Origin: Terriglobia bacterium
GTDB lineage: Bacteria > Acidobacteriota > Terriglobia > Terriglobales > Acidobacteriaceae
Assembly (NCBI GenBank): GCA_020073665.1
Contig: JAIQEU010000008.1
Coordinates: 29,748 to 69,747, forward strand
Direction: 5' to 3'
DNA: 40,000 nucleotides
Shown: positions 34,142-40,000 of the stretch, in pieces
How the letters are laid out: every line of letters starts with the position of its first letter
Position numbering within the stretch: the stretch's first letter is position 1
The notes under the pieces: model-generated
What the model saw: the letters and a program-made list of their open reading frames with translations, nothing else
Databases searched by the model: none
What the model was told of the DNA's origin: nothing
Program-made: the position numbers and the translations under genes

Positions 34142-34207
34142 GGTAGTTGGTAGCTGGCAGCAGGTACTGGGAACACGGAGCTTGCCAGTTCCCGGCTGCC
34201 AACTACC
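34142..34207. repeat. Heptamer-periodic array forming an imperfect hairpin
   Basis: GGTAGTT GGTAGCT GGCAGCA GGTACTG GGAACAC spans 34142-34176. It faces CAGTTCCCGGCTGCCAACTACC at 34186-34207, whose reverse complement is GGTAGTT GGCAGCC GGGAACTG. Confidence 0.6.
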
Positions 34208-34301
34208 CGCCCCCCACTGCCAAAACGCAGCTCGTACAGGGAAAATGGCTCAAGATGAATATAGCATTCGGTGAGAAAGAGAGGATAGGCCCGGCCGAGG
34301 A

Positions 34302-35114
34302 CTACGAGGTTTTATCTGGGCCCGACGCGCCCGCGCCGGCGGCCGCGGCCATGCTGTTTCCGTTGCCCGCAACGGGATCCGCAGGGGCAGCTTTGGCGGG
34401 ACCGTCGAACACGATCCGGTTGTTCAGGCAATACAGCGCCAGTTCCAGCCGGTCCGCCACGCCCAGCTTGTCATACACTTTTCGCAGGTAGTTCTTCACC
34501 ACTTGTTCGGTGGTCCCAACACGTATCGCGATTTCTTTGTTCTTCATCCCCTGGGTCACGCAGGAGACGATCAGTGATTCCTTCGGGGTCAACTGCACCT
34601 TGGGGCGAGAGCTGGTTGGACGCCCGCCCTGGCTGCGATAGGCGGCCAGAACCCACTGAATTCCCCGAGCATCGAGCCAGGGCTCGCCAGCCGCGACCTT
34701 GCGCAGGCAATCTACCAGGAACTCCGGTTCCACTTCGCGCGACACAATACCGAAGGCGCCGCGGCGGAACAGTTCCAGGGTGAGTTCTTCATCCGGCTCC
34801 GGCGTCAGCACCACCAGTCGTACCGTAGGCGCTTGCCGCAGCAGGTCAGAAACCGCTTCCGCCGGATTAGGAGCGAGAGCGGCTTCGAAAATCATGATGT
34901 CAGCAGAAAATTTCTTGGACGCGGAAAGCGATTGCGATAGCGTTTCCGCCTGGCCGACCACACGAATGTCGTCTTCCAGGGCAAATATCTTGCGCAGTCC
35001 GGCGCGAAAGATCGCCTGCGTGTCAGCCACGATCACCCGGATGAATTGGCCGTTGCCACCACCCTCGTGCGGCTGTTCGACGTTATCGTCCACGCTGACC
35101 GGAATGCTTGCCAT
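34302..35114 (-). CDS. LuxR/NarL-family response regulator with atypical receiver domain
   Basis: 270 aa. The C-terminus LTPKESLIVSCVTQGMKNKEIAIRVGTTEQVVKNYLRKVYDKLG is a LuxR HTH. The receiver-like N-terminus aligns by eye to NarL but has E at the phospho-acceptor position (ADIMIFEAALAP) and R for the conserved Lys (GIVSREVEP). Confidence 0.8.
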   Translation of the reverse strand: MASIPVSVDDNVEQPHEGGGNGQFIRVIVADTQAIFRAGLRKIFALEDDIRVVGQAETLSQSLSASKKFSADIMIFEAALAPNPAEAVSDLLRQAPTVRLVVLTPEPDEELTLELFRRGAFGIVSREVEPEFLVDCLRKVAAGEPWLDARGIQWVLAAYRSQGGRPTSSRPKVQLTPKESLIVSCVTQGMKNKEIAIRVGTTEQVVKNYLRKVYDKLGVADRLELALYCLNNRIVFDGPAKAAPADPVAGNGNSMAAAAGAGASGPDKTS

Positions 35115-35131
35115 TCGTTTCCTTCGAACCC

Positions 35132-35536
35132 CTAGTGGCGCTCAAACCTGTACTCATCGATCACCACGCCCACACCGCGGCGGCCGTGCTCTTCAAAGCT
35201 GCGCACTACCCGGCCGCGGCAGCCCAGCTGCACATCGGCTTCGGATCCCACCACGTCCGCGGGAAGCGAAATCGTGAAGTCCACCATCGAGCCCACCGGC
35301 ATATCCGCCTCTACCTGGAACAGCACTCCGTTGGCAGAAATGTTTTGTGTTTCGGTGTGGCTGTCGCCGCCGCTCGATTTCACGGAAACCGGCAGCTTGA
35401 TGGGGAAGCGCACCGCACTCTGCATGTCCGGATAGCGCCCGCGCCGGGGCTGAGCCGGCGACGAGTCGGGGTTGCCAGCCTTCGAGGACATGCCGGGATT
35501 CCGGTTTTTGTCCGCAGATGGGTCGTAGTTCGACAT
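35132..35536 (-). CDS. PilZ-domain protein
   Basis: 134 aa. PRRGRYPD...VRFPIKLPVSV...ETQNISANGVLFQVEADMPVGSMVDFTISLP contains the (D/N)xSxxG motif. The RxxxR motif is imperfect. Confidence 0.6.
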   Translation of the reverse strand: MSNYDPSADKNRNPGMSSKAGNPDSSPAQPRRGRYPDMQSAVRFPIKLPVSVKSSGGDSHTETQNISANGVLFQVEADMPVGSMVDFTISLPADVVGSEADVQLGCRGRVVRSFEEHGRRGVGVVIDEYRFERH

Positions 35537-35671
35537 TACGCCGCAGCTTACACCCCGGAATCAACCCAGCAAAGTTACCGAAGTCATGGAACTAGTTGTG
35601 CGTAAGCACTTAGGATTCAGGGGATTACGGGGGATTTTGGAGGGAATGTGAGCAGTGTCACCGACAGACTC

Positions 35672-35702
35672 AGCAACTAGCAACTAGCAATAAGCAACTA
35701 GC
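35672..35702. repeat. Left terminal inverted repeat of the four-helix-bundle cassette (AGCAACT heptamer array)
   Basis: The sequence is AGCAACT AGCAACT AGCAATA AGCAACT AGC. It is the reverse complement, with 2-3 mismatches, of 36111-36145. Confidence 0.7.
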
Positions 35703-35721
35703 CTATTCCAAGGAGAACACA

Positions 35722-36090
35722 GTGAAAGACTTCAGGCAGCTAAAGGTCTGGGAAAAAGCGCATCATCTCGCCCTAGGGATCTACAGAGTGACGGTTAACT
35801 TCCCTCGAGCCGAGCTCTATGGACTCACCAGCCAGATGAGACGCTGCAGCGTTTCTATTGCCAGCAACATCGCCGAGGGATGTGGGCGAAGAGGGAACGC
35901 CGAGTTCCACCGCTTCCTTCAAATGGCGATGGGCTCTGCCAGCGAACTCGACTATCAACTTGTACTTGCACGCGACTTGAACTATCTGGCGGACTCTGAA
36001 TATCGACGATGCTTCAGCGTTTTGCTAGAGGTACAACGGATGTTGTCCTCGCTCCTGCAGAAAGTCGCAAGCGAACGAGCCGTGACTTAA
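35722..36090 (+). CDS. Four-helix-bundle protein (23S rRNA intervening-sequence protein family)
   Basis: 122 aa. FRQLKVWEKAHHLALGIYRVTVNFPRAELYGLTSQMRRCSVSIASNIAEGCGR...ASELDYQLVLARDLNYL is the family signature. GTG start with an AAGGAGA SD. Confidence 0.85.
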   Translation: MKDFRQLKVWEKAHHLALGIYRVTVNFPRAELYGLTSQMRRCSVSIASNIAEGCGRRGNAEFHRFLQMAMGSASELDYQLVLARDLNYLADSEYRRCFSVLLEVQRMLSSLLQKVASERAVT

Positions 36091-36110
36091 AGGAATGCCA
36101 GAAGCGAGCA

Positions 36111-36145
36111 GCTAGCTAGTTGCTCATTGCTAGTTGCTAATTGCT
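36111..36145. repeat. Right terminal inverted repeat of the four-helix-bundle cassette
   Basis: The sequence is GCTAGCTAGTTGCTCATTGCTAGTTGCTAATTGCT. Its reverse complement is AGCAATTAGCAACTAGCAATGAGCAACTAGCTAGC. Confidence 0.7.
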
Positions 36146-36149
36146 GCCT

Positions 36150-37535
36150 TTAGAATTTCGTCACTTCCGTGAAATTAAACTCCCGCACTTTCATCGCCGG
36201 CACCACCATATCGAACGACTCCTCCCCGCTGGCCCGCACCGGCATCCCCATCTCTTCTACATTCGAAAGCATGTGCAGCAGGCTTTCGTTGAAGCGGAAG
36301 TTGCGCACGCCGTGACGAACCTTGCCCTCTTCCACCAGAAAAGTGCCGTCTCGGGTCATGCCGGTCAGCAGCTTTTCATAAGGATCAACTTCCCGGATGT
36401 ACCACAGACGCGTCACCAGCACGCCCCGCTCGGTTGATGCGATCATCTGGTCAATCGTTTTGGGATCCTCGGGCGCGCCGAAGACGATATTCATGGGCGC
36501 TTCCCCCATCTCGTTGGGGACGGGAAAGCCGTGGCCCGTGGGCTCGATCAGGCCGACCTGGTCTTTGTATTCGGAAGCTTTCATCTTCTCGGCCGTAGCC
36601 CGCGCGTACACCAGCCGCTTTACCACTCCCTTCTCCACTAACAGCAACCGCTGGCGGCGAATCCCTTCGCCGTCGAATGGAGATCCCGACTGCAGCGGAT
36701 GGGCAACATCGTCCCAGATATCGATGTTCCCCCCAAACAGCTTCATACCCACGCGCTGGTTGAGAAACGAACGCTGGTCGAGCACCGCCAGCCCGCCAAA
36801 GTCGTAGAACATGAAGCCGACCATGTCGAGCACGGCGGCCGGTTCCAGGATGACGGTGTACTTCCCTGCCGGGATCTCACGCGGAGCCGCGGAATGAAAC
36901 GCCTTGCGTGCCGCGAGTTCCGCCAGCGCGATGGGATCCAGGTTCGCCACATCCGGCGAGTTGGCCTTCTGCCATCCCGAGGAATCAGCCCCCAGCATGG
37001 TGATGGAAACCTCTGACGAGGTCTGGGTGTGCCAGTCGGCGAGACCGCGTGAGTTGAAGATGCCTTCGACTGACTCTGAATTGGAAAAGATGCCGGCGGT
37101 GGTCAACTTGCGTTTCTGAGCGATAGCAACAATCTTGCCCACCACTTCCGCGCGCTGCTCGGGAGTAATCGCTGCCGTCTGCGCGAAGTGGCGGCTGGGA
37201 ACTGCCTGTGTGGGCCCCGCACTCCTGCCCGCGTCCGGCATCGGCAACAAGTCCGCATCGGGATGCTGCACCTTGGCCAGGTCCTCGGCCGACCGCACCA
37301 CACGCTTTACACTCTCATCGTCGAACTTGTTGGTGGTGGCACGGGCCGTCCGCCCGCCAAACGCCGCCCGCACCGAAACCGAAATGTTCTCTTCCGCCAC
37401 ATTCTGGTGGATGGTGTTGTTGGCAAAACGTGTGAGCGCATTCCTTCCGCCATAGAAAATGGCTTCCACCTCGTCGGCCGTGGAATGCTTCTTGATACGC
37501 TCGAAAATGTCAGCGGCTTGATTCTTGTCTAGCAT
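36150..37535 (-). CDS. pmbA: TldD/PmbA-family metalloprotease, PmbA (TldE)-like subunit
   Basis: 461 aa with TldD/PmbA-family architecture, lacking the HExxxH of TldD. It lies directly downstream of tldD. Confidence 0.8.
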   Translation of the reverse strand: MLDKNQAADIFERIKKHSTADEVEAIFYGGRNALTRFANNTIHQNVAEENISVSVRAAFGGRTARATTNKFDDESVKRVVRSAEDLAKVQHPDADLLPMPDAGRSAGPTQAVPSRHFAQTAAITPEQRAEVVGKIVAIAQKRKLTTAGIFSNSESVEGIFNSRGLADWHTQTSSEVSITMLGADSSGWQKANSPDVANLDPIALAELAARKAFHSAAPREIPAGKYTVILEPAAVLDMVGFMFYDFGGLAVLDQRSFLNQRVGMKLFGGNIDIWDDVAHPLQSGSPFDGEGIRRQRLLLVEKGVVKRLVYARATAEKMKASEYKDQVGLIEPTGHGFPVPNEMGEAPMNIVFGAPEDPKTIDQMIASTERGVLVTRLWYIREVDPYEKLLTGMTRDGTFLVEEGKVRHGVRNFRFNESLLHMLSNVEEMGMPVRASGEESFDMVVPAMKVREFNFTEVTKF

Positions 37536-37652
37536 TCAGCATCCGCACTCAACCCTTGCAATGTAACCTTGTCATCCTGACCCTGAGCAAAGCGAAGGGG
37601 AAGGACCTGCTTTGTTTCTCTCTCTGTGTCTCTGTGCTTCTGTAGTGAAAAA

Positions 37653-39119
37653 TCAGTTCCCCTTATACGCCGACCCCACCTTGATATTCGTGAATCGCGC
37701 CGGAGCCGCTCCGTGCCCCGTCCCCATCACCTGCTGCGGCTGCCCTTTGCCGCAATGCGGAGTCCCCCACAGCACCCATTCGTCACGCGAGCAGATCGCA
37801 TCCATCGAGTTCCAGAAGTCCGTAGTGATGCCAGAATAAGAGGAGTTTTTCAGGAGGCGGGTGCGTTTGCCGTTTTTGATCTCCCATCCGGCTTCGCAGC
37901 CGAACTGGAAGTTGTAACGCTTGTCGTCGATTGACCAGGAACGGTTGGTTTCCATGTAGATGCCGTGGTCGGTGGAGGCAATCAGCTGCTCCAGGGCCAA
38001 CGGCTTTTCGCCTGGCAGAATGCTGATGTTGGTCATGCGGATGAGAGGCAGCCGGTTCCATCCCTCGGCGCGCAGCGTGCCTCCGGAACGATTCGCGCCG
38101 ATGGTGTGCGCTGTCTCCCGCGAACTCAGGTATCCCGTGAACAGGCCGTTGCTGATGATCGGCGTGCATTGCGCGGGCACGCCTTCTTCATCGAAGGCAA
38201 ACGTGCCCAGCCCGGGACCGTGCTCCTGCCGGGCATCGGCCACAATGTTGACCAGGTCACTGCCGTAGCGCAGCGTGCGCAGCTTGTCGAGCGTGAGGAA
38301 CGACGTCCCGGCAAAGTTGGCTTCCATGCCCAGCACCCGGTCGAGTTCAATGGGATGCCCCACCGACTCATGAATCTGCAAACCGAGCTGCGAGCCGTCG
38401 AGAATAATGGTGAACACACCCTCGGGACACTGCTCGGCCTTGAGCAGCGCCACCGCTTCTTCGCCTACGCGCCGGGCGTTCTCCACCAGCTTCAGCTCGT
38501 GGACCAGTTCGTAGCCTTTGTTCTGCCACTGTCCGCCATACGAGTTGGGATATGAACGCTTCTGGATCTCGCTTCCGGCAAACGCATACGCCGCATAACC
38601 CACGCCCGTGGTGTACTTCGTCTGATGGAGGTTCGCGCCTTCCGACGAAACGAACCACTGTTCCTCGCGACGACAATTCAGATTGGCCTCGGCCAAAGTC
38701 ACGCCCGCTACCGAACGCAGTTCGGAATCGATTTTGAGCAGTAGCTCGAGATTCTGCTCAACCGAGGTAGCAAAAGGATCGATCTGAATGGGCGTGGTCC
38801 ACTCGGCCGTGACGGCCTTCTCGGGCGCAAGCCGGATGTCATGCTGCTTCACCCGCGCCGAAGCCTTGGCGATCTCGACCGCGCGCGCAGCGGTAGCTTC
38901 GACCGCCGCCCGGCTCAAATCGTCCGAAGCCGCAAACCCCCACGCGCCGTCGGCAATGACGCGAACCCCGATCCCCAGCGATTCCGAATCCGATGCGCCG
39001 CCAAGTTTGCCGTTCTTGGTGGAAAGCGCCCGGCTGCAGTCGTCGGCCAGGCGGGCGTCGGCGTAGGAAGCGCCACGCAACGCAGCGACATCGAGAGCCC
39101 AGTTGCCGATCTCTTTCAT
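37653..39119 (-). CDS. tldD: Metalloprotease TldD
   Basis: 488 aa. It has the HESVGHPIELDR (HExxxH) motif and TldD-like N- and C-terminal conservation. Confidence 0.9.
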   Translation of the reverse strand: MKEIGNWALDVAALRGASYADARLADDCSRALSTKNGKLGGASDSESLGIGVRVIADGAWGFAASDDLSRAAVEATAARAVEIAKASARVKQHDIRLAPEKAVTAEWTTPIQIDPFATSVEQNLELLLKIDSELRSVAGVTLAEANLNCRREEQWFVSSEGANLHQTKYTTGVGYAAYAFAGSEIQKRSYPNSYGGQWQNKGYELVHELKLVENARRVGEEAVALLKAEQCPEGVFTIILDGSQLGLQIHESVGHPIELDRVLGMEANFAGTSFLTLDKLRTLRYGSDLVNIVADARQEHGPGLGTFAFDEEGVPAQCTPIISNGLFTGYLSSRETAHTIGANRSGGTLRAEGWNRLPLIRMTNISILPGEKPLALEQLIASTDHGIYMETNRSWSIDDKRYNFQFGCEAGWEIKNGKRTRLLKNSSYSGITTDFWNSMDAICSRDEWVLWGTPHCGKGQPQQVMGTGHGAAPARFTNIKVGSAYKGN

Positions 39120-39156
39120 GACGGAAATTCAAATCTACCACAGCGGCACGACGCGC

Positions 39157-39184
39157 CCGGTACCCGGTACCTGGTACTCGGTAC
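39157..39184. repeat. Tandem heptamer repeat x4 in the tldD-asnA divergent intergenic region
   Basis: The sequence reads CCGGTAC CCGGTAC CTGGTAC TCGGTAC. Confidence 0.7.
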
Positions 39185-39306
39185 TGTCTCCCCGCTCACT
39201 AATCCCTGTGACCTACCGCACAGACCCCCCGCCCGTCCCGGACTCCAATAGACGGTTGGGCAATCGTGTGCCGGCGGAGGACTCCGTCTGCCAAGGAGAG
39301 CATTTC

Positions 39307-40000
39307 ATGAGCACGCTTGTACTGGACAAAAAAGCCGACCTGGCCGGGCCGGGTATCGGCGATTACATTGAACTCGAAAAAATACTTCCCAAGGATTACC
39401 GTTCCCTGCTCACTCCCAAAGAGACGCAGCAGGCCATCTTTCAGGTGAAACGCTACATCGAAGACAACCTCTCGAAGGAACTCAACCTGATGATGGTCGA
39501 AGTGCCGCTGATCGTGGACGTCGAAAGCGGCGTCAACGACATGCTGGACCGCGACGGCTCCCGCACCCCGATCCAGTTTCACATTTCAAACGACCGCGAC
39601 AAGCATCCCCTCGATGCCCAGGTAGTGCAGGCCGCGACCAAGTGGAAAAGAGTCGCGCTGAAGCAGTTCGGCTGCAAAGTGGGCGAAGGCATCTGCACCG
39701 ACATGCGCGCCGTGCGCAAGGACTATTTCCTCGACCACGATCACTCCGCCTATGTTGACCAGTGGGACTGGGAGCGGGTAATTACCGCCGAGCAGCGCAA
39801 CCTGGACTTCCTGAAAGGCATCATCGCGAAAATCTGGAAGGTCATCGTGGGCGCCGAGAAGTTCGCCCAATCAATGTTCCCGCAGCTGAAAGATTTCCGT
39901 TATCCCGACCTGCCGGAAAAGCTGGAGTTCTTCCACGCCGAGGAAATTCTCGACATGTTCCCGGACCTGCCGCGCAAGCAGCGCGAGACCCAGATCCTGC
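39307..40000 (+). CDS. asnA: Aspartate-ammonia ligase (asparagine synthetase A), 5' part; continues past the window end
   Basis: Absent from the ORF track because there is no stop in the window. My translation from ATG 39307 (AAGGAGAG SD) is MSTLVLDKKADLAGPG...VEVPLIVDVESGVNDMLDRDGSRTPIQF...VVQAATKWKRVALKQFG...HSAYVDQWDWERVI. It matches the AsnA SVYVDQWDWERV signature. The minus-strand ORFs 39199..39870 are shadows of it. Confidence 0.85.
   Translation, partial: MSTLVLDKKADLAGPGIGDYIELEKILPKDYRSLLTPKETQQAIFQVKRYIEDNLSKELNLMMVEVPLIVDVESGVNDMLDRDGSRTPIQFHISNDRDKHPLDAQVVQAATKWKRVALKQFGCKVGEGICTDMRAVRKDYFLDHDHSAYVDQWDWERVITAEQRNLDFLKGIIAKIWKVIVGAEKFAQSMFPQLKDFRYPDLPEKLEFFHAEEILDMFPDLPRKQRETQIL

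Noticed and set aside
32612-34146. Long plus-strand ORFs 32612..33205 and 33547..34146
   Set aside because: They are antisense shadows of the integrase and bacterioferritin genes. The second would also run through the tRNA.
35108-35605. 165-aa plus-strand ORF
   Set aside because: It is antisense to the PilZ gene, has His/Ala/Arg-rich composition and shows no motif.
39199-39870. Minus-strand ORFs 39199..39582 and 39586..39870
   Set aside because: They are antisense shadows of asnA, whose plus-strand frame carries the diagnostic AsnA motifs.
1-40000. CRISPR arrays or rRNA genes
   Set aside because: No regularly spaced 25-40 nt direct repeats and no rRNA-like conserved stretches were seen anywhere in the window.

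Overview
High-GC bacterial window. The repeat families and gene content weakly suggest Acidobacteriota, which is inference only. It splits into three parts.

(A) 1-18.5 kb is a tightly packed accessory island and the main item of interest. It carries a complete preQ0 (7-cyano-7-deazaguanine) pathway: folE2, queD, queE and queC, with no queF, tgt or queA. That operon runs into a long fusion protein with a canonical DpdA-type DNA/tRNA-guanine transglycosylase (TGT) domain. Next come a NurA-like nuclease, a HerA-like ATPase, a 716-aa orphan protein, a UvrD-like helicase and a Cas4-like Fe-S PD-(D/E)XK nuclease. A divergent unit holds a Ski2/Hel308-like helicase with HhH and SWIM domains, translationally coupled to a second, short TGT paralog. 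A tandem-HTH regulator and a second Ski2-like helicase (cut by the window edge) complete the island. I read this as a non-canonical Dpd-like 7-deazaguanine DNA-modification/restriction (defence) system. It lacks any recognisable DpdB or DpdC, and HerA/NurA and SF2 helicases sit where canonical partners would be.

(B) 18.9-33.6 kb is mobile-element DNA. It has a serine recombinase, a GC-rich membrane-protein gene flanked by two diverged copies of a small ORF, and two more membrane proteins. A one-directional block of phage-like genes follows (SNF2/DEAD-type helicase with N-terminal HTH repeats, small HTH, many hypotheticals, no virion genes). It ends in a tyrosine integrase next to tRNA-Ser(GGA).

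(C) 33.6-40 kb is core-like: bfr, an atypical LuxR-type response regulator, a PilZ protein, a four-helix-bundle gene cassette with terminal inverted repeats, pmbA, tldD and the 5' part of asnA. A family of heptamer-periodic intergenic repeats runs through this part.

No CRISPR array and no rRNA were seen. All calls rest on reading motifs in the supplied translations and on my own translation of regions missing from the ORF track. No database search was possible.
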